Source: Dehalococcoidia bacterium
GTDB taxonomy: Bacteria > Chloroflexota > Dehalococcoidia > UBA2979
Assembly (NCBI GenBank): GCA_965219085.1
Contig: OZ244720.1
Span: forward strand, 3,168,001-3,232,000
DNA length: 64,000 bases
Reading direction: 5' to 3'
The notes beneath the pieces are model-generated. The model was given only the letters and a program-made list of their open reading frames with translations, was not told the origin of the DNA and searched no databases. The translations under genes and the position numbers were made by a program. Below are positions 51,136-60,966 of this stretch, piece after piece; the first letter of the stretch is position 1; every line of letters starts with the position of its first letter.

Positions 51136-52551
51136 CTAGCGCGTCGCGACAGGGACGCGGGCGGCCGCGTCGGCAGCGGGCGGCTTGGGTCGCGGGCGCG
51201 CGTCGGGGTGTATCGGCTTCTTGGTGAACATGAAGATGAACGCGCCGAAGGAGGCGATCAGCGCCAGGCTCGCAAAGCCCAGCGTGTAACTCCCGAGGTA
51301 GTCGTAGCTGAACCCCGCCGCGAGCGGCCCGATGATGATGCCGATGGTGACTACCATCGAGGAGAAGCCGGTGATCGTCCCGTAGTACTTCCCGCCGAAG
51401 TAGTCGGCCCTGAGCGCCGTCGTCAGTGGGATGCGCGCGCCGAAGCCGATGCCGTTGAGGACCGCGAAGGCCACCACCATCCATACGCTCCCCGCGAACG
51501 CCAGCAGCGCGAGTGCTCCCGAGTTGAACAGCATCGCCACCACGATCAGGAGACGCTTGTCGTAGCGGTCGCCGAGGTACCCGCCGGCCATCTGCCCGAC
51601 CACCTGGGTGACCGTCATGATCGTCAACATCGAAGCCGCGATGGTCACCGAGAAGCCGAGGCTCTCGTGGACGTGTGCGATGAAGTGCACGTTGACCGCG
51701 CCGATGACGACGAGCGATAGCCCGTGACCGATGCCGATCAGCCAGAAGGCTTGCGTCCTGAGCGCTTGCCGGGCGTTGAAGCTGTACTCGCGCTCGGGCG
51801 CTGCCGGGGGCGCGCTCCCGGCCTCGAAGACGTTCATGCCCGAGTGCGAATTCGCGGCCTTGGGCGTCGTCTCACCGTCGGGCTTCCAGCCATAGTCCTC
51901 GGGATGGTGCCGGAGCAGTGAGGCGAGCGGCAGGCCCACAACCATGATGATGACGCCGGAGGCGAAAGCGAATGCGCGCCAGCCGAACGTCTCCATCGCC
52001 GCCGCGACCAAGGGCGCAGCGAGACCGCCCGCGGCGAGGCCGAGCATCATCCATGCGAGCGCCGTCGCTCGCCTCTTGATGAACCAGTTCACGACGGCAA
52101 CCGAGGCGGGCATGAACGAGCCGAGCGCCGCGCCGACTGCCAGCACGAGGAATGCCAGGTAGAACATCGGCAGACCGTTGGTCTGGCTGAGCAATATGAA
52201 CCCGATGCCGAAGAGGATGATCCCGACGAACATCATCTTGCGCGGGCCGAAGTGGTCGACGAGCCAGCCGTCGATCGGTCCCAGCAGACCGCTCTCGACG
52301 CGCTGAAGTGCAAAGGCCACGGCGAGGGTCGTACGGCTCCAGCCGAATTCGTCTTGCAGGAACACGACGTAGACGCCGAAGGCGTGGAACATGAGCGCGC
52401 CGCTCAGGGCCATGGAGCCGAAGCCGGCAGTCACGATCCACCAGCCGTAGAAGAATGGCGACTTGTGGCTGACGCCGCCTCCGCCGGCCCCGTTGAGGCT
52501 GACCGGGCCGGCGCCGTTGCGCCCCATCAATGAGCCAGGGCCGCCGTTCAC
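51136..52551 (-). CDS. MFS transporter
   Basis: FFYGWWIV, GWLVDHFGPR, about 12 TM segments; start uncertain. Confidence 0.9.
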   Translation of the reverse strand: MNGGPGSLMGRNGAGPVSLNGAGGGGVSHKSPFFYGWWIVTAGFGSMALSGALMFHAFGVYVVFLQDEFGWSRTTLAVAFALQRVESGLLGPIDGWLVDHFGPRKMMFVGIILFGIGFILLSQTNGLPMFYLAFLVLAVGAALGSFMPASVAVVNWFIKRRATALAWMMLGLAAGGLAAPLVAAAMETFGWRAFAFASGVIIMVVGLPLASLLRHHPEDYGWKPDGETTPKAANSHSGMNVFEAGSAPPAAPEREYSFNARQALRTQAFWLIGIGHGLSLVVIGAVNVHFIAHVHESLGFSVTIAASMLTIMTVTQVVGQMAGGYLGDRYDKRLLIVVAMLFNSGALALLAFAGSVWMVVAFAVLNGIGFGARIPLTTALRADYFGGKYYGTITGFSSMVVTIGIIIGPLAAGFSYDYLGSYTLGFASLALIASFGAFIFMFTKKPIHPDARPRPKPPAADAAARVPVATR

Positions 52552-52727
52552 ACGCGTGCTCCCACCGTCGCCCGGTTCACCTCACGCTCGCAGTGCGGCG
52601 CACGCGTGCGCCCGCCACCTTGCCGCTGACGTGAGTGTGAGGCGCAGTGTACCCCGATGCCGGGGTAAGCGGCGGCCTGCCCTCGATGCTGCCGAGGACA
52701 GGCGCATGGCGCCGCACCCGCAGGCAG

Positions 52728-52934
52728 CTAGTTCGGGACGAACTCGTCCGGGTTCGAGACGAACTGCATCCGGCACGCCAGGCTGTCGAAGTAGTACCAG
52801 ACGCCCTCATGGAAGCGCTTCGTGCCCTTCGAGGGGTCGGATTCCGGCGCACCGGACGTGGTCTGGTCGACGTGCGTATTGATGGCGTCCGAGTCGACAT
52901 CTCGACCGCAGACGGGATCCTTCACGATGGGCAC
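52728..52934 (-). CDS. YHS-domain protein
   Basis: KDPVCG ... YYFDSLACRMQF..NP. Confidence 0.78.
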   Translation of the reverse strand: MPIVKDPVCGRDVDSDAINTHVDQTTSGAPESDPSKGTKRFHEGVWYYFDSLACRMQFVSNPDEFVPN

Positions 52935-52968
52935 TGGCTCCTCCTTCGTTGCGTGATATGCCCGGCGG

Positions 52969-54045
52969 CTACGCGAGGACGGCGTCGGCGATGGCCGTGA
53001 CGGCCTCGCGCATGCCGCCCCAGCGCAGCGCGGCTTCCTTGCCGCGCCGGGTGTGGAACTGCAGGTCGTACTCCTTCATGAAGCCGATGCCACCGTGCAG
53101 CACGTGCGACCACATGGTCACGTCGGTGGCGGCGCGCGCCGTGATGCCGCGCACCAGCGACACCTGCGCCGGGTCGGCCACGCCCTCGCCGATCTGCCAG
53201 ATCAGCTCGTGCGTGAGGAAGCGCGAGGCCTCCACCTGGATCGCCATGTCCGCCACGCGCTGCTGCACCGGCTCGAACGCGCCGATCGGCCGTCCGAACT
53301 GCACGCGCATCTGCGTGTAGTCCACCGCCATATCGAGCGACTTCTGCGCGTGCGCGTAGCACTCGAACGAGGCGATCGCCGACCCCAGCCGGTGGAGGTA
53401 GTCGACCGCGTCCTGGCCGGCGATGAACGCGCTGGCCTCGGCGTCGGCATACGCGACAACGCTTTGCGGCGTGTCGCCGATGCTCTTCAGCCCACGCTCG
53501 ATCTGCACGCCCGGCTGGGAGGCCTCGACGACCGCGATGCCGGGCTCCCCGCCCTGCACGGCCGTCACAAGGTGCACCTCGGCGGCGGCGGCGTACTCGA
53601 CGAGGAACTTCGTGCCGTTGACGCGGCCGCCCTCGCACGACGTCTGCGGCGCGTCCGTCGAGTTGCCGCCGCGCTCAATCGCGGCGGCGGTGACGATCGC
53701 TCCGCTCGCGATGCGAGGGAGCAGGCTCTGCTTGAGCTCCTCGTCGCCATGCGCCTGCACGGTCGAGGCGGCGAGCACGCCGTTCTGGTACGGCGAGATC
53801 ATCGCCGCGCGGCAGAGCTGCTCGATCAGGATCGCGCAGTCGATGAGGGTGCCGCCCTGGCCGCCGTATTCCTCGGAGACCGGCAGACCTGTCCAGCCGA
53901 GGCCGGCCATCGCCCCCCACAACTCCGCGTCATGCTCCCCCGCGGCCTCAATCTCGCGGATGCGCGTCAGCGGCGCCTCACGCGCGAGGAACTCCTCGGC
54001 GTTGCTCTGGAGCAGCTCTTGAAACTCGGTCAGTCGCAGGTCCAT
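52969..54045 (-). CDS. Acyl-CoA dehydrogenase (short partner subunit type)
   Basis: EEYGGQG, RVQFGRPIGAF, HGGIGF. Confidence 0.9.
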   Translation of the reverse strand: MDLRLTEFQELLQSNAEEFLAREAPLTRIREIEAAGEHDAELWGAMAGLGWTGLPVSEEYGGQGGTLIDCAILIEQLCRAAMISPYQNGVLAASTVQAHGDEELKQSLLPRIASGAIVTAAAIERGGNSTDAPQTSCEGGRVNGTKFLVEYAAAAEVHLVTAVQGGEPGIAVVEASQPGVQIERGLKSIGDTPQSVVAYADAEASAFIAGQDAVDYLHRLGSAIASFECYAHAQKSLDMAVDYTQMRVQFGRPIGAFEPVQQRVADMAIQVEASRFLTHELIWQIGEGVADPAQVSLVRGITARAATDVTMWSHVLHGGIGFMKEYDLQFHTRRGKEAALRWGGMREAVTAIADAVLA

Positions 54046-54096
54046 CGTTCGCTCCCGCCTACCCGTTCTGCGGTGACTCGGCGCGGTTGAAGGGCG

Positions 54097-54399
54097 TCAT
54101 CGCCGCTCGCTGGCCTCACGCACCAGCAGCACCGCCGCGACCACGCCGAGCAGGCCCACGCCTACGAAGAGGCCGTCGGCAACCGAGACCAGCACGGTGC
54201 CCATTACCTCGTCGAACGGACGCTGATAGTCGAGCGCGACCCAGTAGCCGATCCACGCGCAGACGAAGCCGACCACGAGCACGATGCCGATCGTCCACAG
54301 CAGATAGCTGGGCTTGCCCAGTATCATCGAGAGAGCGGGGGATCCTGCTGACTCGCCGTCCCCCGCGGAGTCGTTGTCGCCGTTCATTTCTTCAGCCAT
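54097..54399 (-). CDS. Small two-TM membrane protein
   Basis: Two hydrophobic helices; GGAG RBS; sits between two acyl-CoA dehydrogenase genes on the same strand. Confidence 0.6.
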   Translation of the reverse strand: MAEEMNGDNDSAGDGESAGSPALSMILGKPSYLLWTIGIVLVVGFVCAWIGYWVALDYQRPFDEVMGTVLVSVADGLFVGVGLLGVVAAVLLVREASERR

Positions 54400-54409
54400 G
54401 TTCGCTCTC

Positions 54410-55582
54410 CTACCCGCGCGGCAGCCCGAGGCCGCGCGTGGCGATGATGCGGCGCTGGATGTCGTTGGTACCGCCGCCGAAGCGGGTGACCGGCGTGCCG
54501 CGGAACTCGGCCTCGAACCGGCCCTCGGCGACCGCGTCATCCTCGCTCTCGCCCTGGATGCCGCCGAAGCCGCCGAACAGGTCCATGCCGAGGCTGGTCA
54601 TGCGGTGTGCGGCCTCGGAGACCCACACCTTGCCGGCCGACGCCTGCATGGTCGGCACGCCGCCGTTGGCGATGATCGCCGCGTTCGTGACCGCCAGCGC
54701 GCGCGTGATCTCCACGTCCATGCGCGTCTCCGCCACCTGCGTGCGCACGTACGGATCCTCGAGCAGGTCGTCGCGCTCCGTCTTCAGGTAGTCGATGAGC
54801 CGGTCCCAGCGGCGCCGGGAGGGCGCGACCGGGCCGATCACGACGCGTTCGAGGTCGAGCGCGTTGGCTGCCATGTACCAGCCGCGGTTCTCCTCACCGA
54901 CGAGCGAGTCGGCGGGGATGCGCACATCCTCCCAGAACGTCTCGTTGGTGCGGCCGTCGCCCATCGTCCAGAGCGGGCGGACCATGATGCCCGGCGTCGT
55001 CATTGGCACGACGAACATCGAGATGCCGCGGTGCTTCGGCGCGTCCGGGTCGGTGCGGGCCGCCAGCCACACGTGCGTCGAGACGTGGGCGCTGGAGGTG
55101 TAGATCTTCTGCCCGTTGATGACGAAGTCGTCGCCGTCGCGGACGGCTCGCGTCTGTAGCGAGGCGAGGTCGGTGCCGGCGTTTGGCTCCGTGTAGCCCA
55201 GGGCGAAGGTCATCTCGCCGCTCTGGATCTTGGGGAGCCAATCCTGCTTCTGCTGTTCCGTCCCGAACGACATGATGGTGGCGCCGACGGACATGATGGA
55301 CATCGTGTCGAAGGGCAGGCCCCAGTAGCCGAGCTCCTCGACCAGGAGGTACGTGTAGAAGGCGCCCTTGCCCTGCCCGCCGTACTCCTCGGGCCAGGCC
55401 ATGGTCGTGTAGCCGGCTTCGTTCAGCGCCTTGCGGAACTTCTGCGCCTCGGGGCCGCGGCCGCCGCTCTCGGCGCCCGGCGCCTCGATCTCGGCTACCA
55501 GCTCCGGGGTGCGATGTTCAGCGACAAAAGCGCGCACCTCGCCCCGGAAGTCGTTGTGTTCCTGCTCCCAGCCGAACTCCAT
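54410..55582 (-). CDS. Acyl-CoA dehydrogenase family protein
   Basis: GYTEPNAGTDLASL, NGQKIYTS, GGGTNDIQR. Confidence 0.93.
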   Translation of the reverse strand: MEFGWEQEHNDFRGEVRAFVAEHRTPELVAEIEAPGAESGGRGPEAQKFRKALNEAGYTTMAWPEEYGGQGKGAFYTYLLVEELGYWGLPFDTMSIMSVGATIMSFGTEQQKQDWLPKIQSGEMTFALGYTEPNAGTDLASLQTRAVRDGDDFVINGQKIYTSSAHVSTHVWLAARTDPDAPKHRGISMFVVPMTTPGIMVRPLWTMGDGRTNETFWEDVRIPADSLVGEENRGWYMAANALDLERVVIGPVAPSRRRWDRLIDYLKTERDDLLEDPYVRTQVAETRMDVEITRALAVTNAAIIANGGVPTMQASAGKVWVSEAAHRMTSLGMDLFGGFGGIQGESEDDAVAEGRFEAEFRGTPVTRFGGGTNDIQRRIIATRGLGLPRG

Positions 55583-55710
55583 GCCCGGCCTCCTCCCTGC
55601 ACCAGCTCCTACGCTGGGCGCGGATCGAGCCGCAAGAGCGCGCACGTCCGCGCCAGCGCCGGTATGCTAGCACGCGACCGGGCGCATCCACGGCACGAGG
55701 AGGACACAGC

Positions 55711-57015
55711 ATGTTCATCGGCCACTTCACCGAGCGGCCCTACCAGGATCCCAAGGCCGGCGTCTTCGGCACCACCTCGGCGCCGGCGGACCTCGAACTC
55801 AGCAACGAGCTCTACGACCCCAAGGTCGGGGCCGACCTCTACCACCGCTACCTGGACGAGAAGCTCTACATCGAGGAGATGGGCTTCGACGGCATCATGC
55901 TCAACGAGCACCACTCGACGCCGTTCTGCATGGGCGGCGTGATGAACGTCGAGGCGGCGATCCTCGCGCGCATCACGCAGCGCGCGAAGATCGTGCTGCT
56001 CGGCAACGTGCTGCCGATCTGGGATGACCCCCTGTTCCTGGCCGAGGAGCTGGCGGAGATCGACATGATCTCGCGCGGCCGCCTCGTGACCGGGTGGGTG
56101 CGCGGCACCGGCCGCGAGAGCGTCTCCCACAACTCGCAACCGCCCTACAACTGGGAGCGCTTCCAGGAGGCCCACGACTTCGTCCTGAAGGCGTGGACGA
56201 CGCCCGGCCCCTATCGCTGGGAGGGCAAGCACTACAACTTCCGTTACGTCAACCCGTGGGCCCGCCCCTACCAGGACCCGCACCCCCAGATCTGGATCCC
56301 CGGCGTGATGAGCCGCAACACGGTGAAGTGGACCGCCGAGCACCGCTACCCGTACGTGATGCTCGCCACCGACCTCGAACCGACGCGCGGTTCGTTCGAG
56401 TACTACGCCGAGGTCGCCAAGGAGAACGGCTACGAGGCGCAGTCGCAGCACCGCGGCTACCTGTTCAAGGTGCACGTCGACGACACCGAGGAGCTGGCGT
56501 ACGAGACCGCGCGCAAGTACGTCTCCGGTCCGCCGAACCCGTTCCTCGAGGGCAACCAGGGCGAGATCCGGCCGTTCATCCAGAACCTGCCGGGCATGAC
56601 CTCGCGCACGAACGTGCTGCCGACGGCCGGCAACCTCGCCGCGCTGCGCGCGCGCGGCCGCGCCACCGCGCAGCCCACGCTCGACAAGCCCCCGTCGCCC
56701 GCGGGCGACGACGGCGAACCGGCCGAGGACGCGTTCGGCAGCTATGACGACCAGCTGAAGCGGCTCACAATCATCACCGGCACGCCGGACACGGTGATCG
56801 AGAAGGTCAAGCACGTCCTCGACTACCTGCGCCCGGGCAGCATCTTCTTCTGGGACGGCGACGGGTCGATGACCCACGACGACACGATGCGCAGCCTCAA
56901 GCTCATGGGCGAAGAGGTCCTGCCGGCGATCCGCGAGTACAGCGACGAGCTCGGCCTCAAGAGCCCGTTCGAGGTCTCCACGTACACGAACGAGCCGATC
57001 CCGCAGGAGGCGTAG
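55711..57015 (+). CDS. LLM-class flavin-dependent oxidoreductase
   Basis: GFDGIMLNEHH, LAEELAEIDMISRGR, PYQDPHPQIW. Confidence 0.93.
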   Translation: MFIGHFTERPYQDPKAGVFGTTSAPADLELSNELYDPKVGADLYHRYLDEKLYIEEMGFDGIMLNEHHSTPFCMGGVMNVEAAILARITQRAKIVLLGNVLPIWDDPLFLAEELAEIDMISRGRLVTGWVRGTGRESVSHNSQPPYNWERFQEAHDFVLKAWTTPGPYRWEGKHYNFRYVNPWARPYQDPHPQIWIPGVMSRNTVKWTAEHRYPYVMLATDLEPTRGSFEYYAEVAKENGYEAQSQHRGYLFKVHVDDTEELAYETARKYVSGPPNPFLEGNQGEIRPFIQNLPGMTSRTNVLPTAGNLAALRARGRATAQPTLDKPPSPAGDDGEPAEDAFGSYDDQLKRLTIITGTPDTVIEKVKHVLDYLRPGSIFFWDGDGSMTHDDTMRSLKLMGEEVLPAIREYSDELGLKSPFEVSTYTNEPIPQEA

Positions 57016-57050
57016 CGCACCGCGTTCTGCCTCGACCCTCGGACGAAGCG

Positions 57051-57077
57051 CTCGGCGCCACCATCGGTGGCGCCGAG
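57051..57077. terminator. Perfect 12-bp hairpin between convergent genes
   Basis: CTCGGCGCCACC-ATC-GGTGGCGCCGAG. Confidence 0.55.
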
Positions 57078-57095
57078 TTGTGTGCGGCGGGCGGC

Positions 57096-58283
57096 CTATC
57101 GCTCGCCGGCCTCGAGGCCCGCGATGAGATCGAGTAGTCCGGCGGCCTCCCATGCGCGGTTGCGCTTCGACGTGCCGAGCGGGATGAGCACGCCCGCCCC
57201 CTCGAGTTCGGCGATCCCGTTGTTGACGGCGGGTCGTGTCCGCCCGGTGGCGGCGACCCCGACGGCAACGCTGACGACCGGGTGCGCGGGCAGCGCGTCG
57301 ATGATCGCCCATGCGGCCGCGTCCGCACGTGGGTCCGAGTGCGCGCGGAGCTGCTCTCGCCATGCCTCCTGGGCGTCGGCGACGCGGCCTCGGTAATCGT
57401 CGGCGAGGCGGGCCGCTTCGGTTGTGGCGGTGGCGAAGATCGACACCCAATCGGCGACGCGATCTTCTCGAAACAGCGTGAGGCCCTCGATGTAGCGGTC
57501 ACGTCGGCGCGCTAACACGACGCTGATGGGCGGAACGAACGCCGGCGCGAGTCCGCGCCGGCGCAGCACCACCTGGACGAGCGCGCGTCCGGTCCTGCCG
57601 TTGCCGTCGCCGAAGGGGTGGATCGTCTCGAACTGAGCGTGCGCGATCGCCGCCTGCAGCAGCGGGGGCAACGCGTCGTCGTTGCAGAAGCTGCAGAGGT
57701 CTTCGGTGAGTGGCGTGACCTCCTCGGGCGGCGGAGGCACGAAGTCGGCGCCGCAGGGGTTGTAATCGTTGCCACCGATCCAGTTCTGCTCGTCCCGAAG
57801 CTCGCCCGGCTGCTGCCGGCCGGCATCGCCGGCGAGGAGGATGCGGTGGATGTCCCGCAGCGCGCCGGGCGTCACACGCTCCGCAGTCGCGGCCTGCTCG
57901 ACGGCCCACCCCATCGCGTCGATGTTGGCGATGATCTCGGCGGCTTGCGGGCCAATGTTGCGGCCCGTGTCCCGGTTAGCCTCGGCGCGAGCGAGGGCGC
58001 GCGCGTCGGATTGCATGCCCTCGACCTTCGAGGACGCAATCGACTCGGTGCGGAGCAGCAGGCTGCCGAGCGGGGCAAGTTCGGGTCCCGCCCTGCCGTT
58101 GAGGTCGGCAATCGCGTTCTCGGCGTCGGAGAGCAGCCCGGCGATGTCGCCGGGGAGATCGATAGCAAGTTCCGCGATGCGCCCGGGGACGAACGCGTCA
58201 TAGCTGCACGCCCGGCGATAGCGGGCGGGAGCGTAGAGGGCCGGGGCGTGCCGCCAGGTGCGGCGAATGTGGGCGCCTCGCAT
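57096..58283 (-). CDS. Fic family protein (N-terminal inhibitory motif, C-terminal HTH-like region)
   Basis: HPFGDGNGRTGR active site; SSKVEG motif. Confidence 0.9.
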   Translation of the reverse strand: MRGAHIRRTWRHAPALYAPARYRRACSYDAFVPGRIAELAIDLPGDIAGLLSDAENAIADLNGRAGPELAPLGSLLLRTESIASSKVEGMQSDARALARAEANRDTGRNIGPQAAEIIANIDAMGWAVEQAATAERVTPGALRDIHRILLAGDAGRQQPGELRDEQNWIGGNDYNPCGADFVPPPPEEVTPLTEDLCSFCNDDALPPLLQAAIAHAQFETIHPFGDGNGRTGRALVQVVLRRRGLAPAFVPPISVVLARRRDRYIEGLTLFREDRVADWVSIFATATTEAARLADDYRGRVADAQEAWREQLRAHSDPRADAAAWAIIDALPAHPVVSVAVGVAATGRTRPAVNNGIAELEGAGVLIPLGTSKRNRAWEAAGLLDLIAGLEAGER

Positions 58284-58374
58284 GCGAACCTTTCGTACGC
58301 AGCTTCGTTGGGAAAGGTTGCTACCTATCCTTTACTAACGGGGCTGCGACCGCAAGGGTACGGGCTGGTGCCCC

Positions 58375-59145
58375 TTACGCCGAGGGGCGCAGGTGCGAGA
58401 TGTGGTCGGGGACGGGTGGGGCCTCCTCGAGCGCCGTCATCAGCGGCTCGACCAGCGGCACGGCGCCGTCGACGGCGGTGCGCAGCGCGCTCCCCCAGTA
58501 CTCGCGGATGGCGGCCAGGTCTTCCGCCTCAAAACGGCGCTCGCTGACCTGGAACGTGTCGCGCCGATACAGCACACAGTCCACCGGCGGATCGACGTCG
58601 GAGGCGCAGGTGAAGGTCGCGTCGAACGCCAGCAGGCCGTCGCGGAGCGCGTTCAAGAGCGGCTGCTCATGGCTCCACGCGCGATCGAGGATCGGCTTCC
58701 CGTAGCGCGACTCGCCGATGATCACGAAGGGCGTCCCGGAACGCACCTCCACCCAGTTGCCCTCGGGGTACAGCAGGAACAGGTGCGGCTCCGTGTCGTC
58801 CTCCAGCTGCCCGCCGACCACGCAGTGCAGGTCGAACGCCAGTCCGCTTTCGACGAGCCAGCGCTCATCCTCGTCGCGCACGCGCCGCACCTCGGCCGCG
58901 AGCGCATTCGCGGCGCGGTAGAGCCGCGTGAGGTCCGACTCGTCGGTCTCCAGCCGCTCCTCGAAGTACGTCAGCGCCTTGTCGCGGATCGAGCGCAGTC
59001 CGCTCGTGAGGATGAAGAGGCAGTGCTGCTCGCCCTGGTGCACGAGGATCTTCTTGGCGATCGAGGTCTCCGTGCCGCTGGTGATGCGGGTGTCGGCGAT
59101 CGCCAGCAGGCCTTCCTCGCACTTCATGCCGAGGCAGAGCGTCAC
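58375..59145 (-). CDS. Proteasome-type Ntn protease (Anbu)
   Basis: (M)TLCLG N-terminal Thr, ADTRITSG, LYPEGNW, IGESRYGKPILDR. Confidence 0.9.
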   Translation of the reverse strand: MTLCLGMKCEEGLLAIADTRITSGTETSIAKKILVHQGEQHCLFILTSGLRSIRDKALTYFEERLETDESDLTRLYRAANALAAEVRRVRDEDERWLVESGLAFDLHCVVGGQLEDDTEPHLFLLYPEGNWVEVRSGTPFVIIGESRYGKPILDRAWSHEQPLLNALRDGLLAFDATFTCASDVDPPVDCVLYRRDTFQVSERRFEAEDLAAIREYWGSALRTAVDGAVPLVEPLMTALEEAPPVPDHISHLRPSA

Positions 59146-59164
59146 GTGCGAGCCTCTCCGGCGG

Positions 59165-59986
59165 TCACTGCTGTCCCTGGCTCGACGAGGGCGTCGAGCG
59201 CACCCTGACGACGGCGCTCCAGTGTTCGTTGGCAACGCCGCTGAACGCCCCACGCAGCGGCGAGATGTCATCGTAGTCGCGTCCCACGGCGGTGACCACG
59301 TAGCGCCCGTCCTGCGCGGCGTTGTTCGAGGGGTCGAAGCCATGCCAGCCGTCGGGCGCGAGCAGCTGCACCCACGCGTGTCCGGCCTCGCCGACATCCT
59401 CGCCTTCGTGCGGCGCGAGGTAGCCGCTGACGTAGCGCGAGGGGATGCCTTGCATGCGCAAGATCGCGAGCATGAGGTGCGTGAAGTCCTGGCAGACCCC
59501 GCTCCCCAGACGGATCAGGTCCAGTGCAGTCGAGCCGACATCGGTGTGGCCGATCTCGAATTCGAACTCCTCGCTCAGGAACGTGCAGGCCGCCTGGCCT
59601 GCCGCGACCGGGTCGAGGCCGTGCGGGATCGCCTCGGCGAGTTGGACGATGCCGGGATCGAACGGGGATCGCCCGGTCTCGCTGAGCAGCAGGTGGCGCA
59701 TGAGCGGTGAGATGCCGGGCTCCGGCACCGCCGACTCGGCGGTCTCCACCTCGGCTTCCACCGTCACGTGGATCTCGTCGACTTCTTCGACGAAGTCGAC
59801 GTGGTGGTACTCGTTGCCGAACGCGTCGAGCAGGCGTTGCGGGTTTGCGTGCGGTTCGAGTTGCAGCGAGGCGTTCAGGCGGCGCTGGCCAAAGGCGTCG
59901 GCCGGGAGCACACGCAACTCCGTGTGCAGCAACCTCACCGCCTGCGAGTAGCGGTAGAGCGAATCCCAGCGCACCCCGACCAGCAC
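59165..59986 (-). CDS. Transglutaminase family protein
   Basis: GVCQDF, RYVSGYL, HAWV and FDPSN catalytic triad motifs, GRDYDD. Confidence 0.92.
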   Translation of the reverse strand: MLVGVRWDSLYRYSQAVRLLHTELRVLPADAFGQRRLNASLQLEPHANPQRLLDAFGNEYHHVDFVEEVDEIHVTVEAEVETAESAVPEPGISPLMRHLLLSETGRSPFDPGIVQLAEAIPHGLDPVAAGQAACTFLSEEFEFEIGHTDVGSTALDLIRLGSGVCQDFTHLMLAILRMQGIPSRYVSGYLAPHEGEDVGEAGHAWVQLLAPDGWHGFDPSNNAAQDGRYVVTAVGRDYDDISPLRGAFSGVANEHWSAVVRVRSTPSSSQGQQ

Positions 59987-59995
59987 GCTATGAGC

Positions 59996-60964
59996 TTACG
60001 CGACGGAAGGCAGAACGTGAAATATGTGTTCGTGCACCAGTCGGTCGACATCGATCAGCCGCGCCTGGAAGTTCTTCATGAACTCGTGCAACCCCTGCCG
60101 CACCAGCGCCGCCTCGTCGACGGATTGGAGGTCGAGGTCAAGCAGCGCGAGCTCGCGCGCGACGTGGATCGTCTGGCCGGCTGGCGTGCGGTGCGAGGCG
60201 GCATCGAAGTGCCGGCGGAAGGCGCGGACGCAGAAATAGAGGCTGCGCGGGAACTGCTCGCTGCGCACCAGCATGGTCGCGACGCGCGGCCCGGTGATGG
60301 CGCCTCGATGCGTGATGCGGAACGCCTGCCAGGCGCTCGCCGATCGCAGTACGGACACCCACTGCGCGCGGTCGATTGCGCCGCCTATATCGTCCGCCGC
60401 GGGAAGCAGCACGAAGTACTTCGTGTCGACGATGCGGCTCGTCATGTCGGCGCGTTCGAGGTAGACGCCGCACCGGAACCAGTCGCGTCCCTCGTCCATG
60501 AGCACGGTGTTGTCGAAGAGCCCGAGGACGGAGGCGACGCCGCTCCGCACGGAGTCGCAGAACGCGTGCATGCCGTCCTGGAAGTCGCGGAAGTCGGTGC
60601 GCGTGGCGTGCACGTCGAGGTAGATGCGGTTGATCTCCTCCCACACCTCGCGCGAGAGCTGTTCGCGCAACTCGCGGGCGAGCGAACGCGCCATGACGAG
60701 CGTTCTGCGCAGCGAGTTGGGACTCGCCGAGGAGAGCAGCAGGAACTCGGCCGGCGACAGCAACGGATCCTCTCGGTGCGCCTCGGCGTACAGCTCGCGC
60801 GAGCCTGTGGCGGCGAGCACGGCGTCCCATGCCTGCTGTTCGCCGTCGACGCCGCCGGTCTCGACTGCCACGGCGTGCGAGACCTCCGCCATGCGCGCGA
60901 TGTTCTCGACGCGTTCGAGGTCGCGCCCCAGCCAGTAGAGGTTCTCGGCGACTCGGCTCAGCAT
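59996..60964 (-). CDS. Alpha-E domain protein (DUF403)
   Basis: MLSRVAENLYWLGRDLERVEN, LERADMTSR, FPRSL. Confidence 0.92.
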   Translation of the reverse strand: MLSRVAENLYWLGRDLERVENIARMAEVSHAVAVETGGVDGEQQAWDAVLAATGSRELYAEAHREDPLLSPAEFLLLSSASPNSLRRTLVMARSLARELREQLSREVWEEINRIYLDVHATRTDFRDFQDGMHAFCDSVRSGVASVLGLFDNTVLMDEGRDWFRCGVYLERADMTSRIVDTKYFVLLPAADDIGGAIDRAQWVSVLRSASAWQAFRITHRGAITGPRVATMLVRSEQFPRSLYFCVRAFRRHFDAASHRTPAGQTIHVARELALLDLDLQSVDEAALVRQGLHEFMKNFQARLIDVDRLVHEHIFHVLPSVA

Positions 60965-60966
60965 CG

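Noticed and set aside
57096-58283. Fic gene as a fifth member of the Anbu operon
   Set aside because: Separated by about 90 bp of more AT-rich sequence that could hold its own promoter, and a paralogue occurs elsewhere (4400-4970); no evidence of functional linkage.
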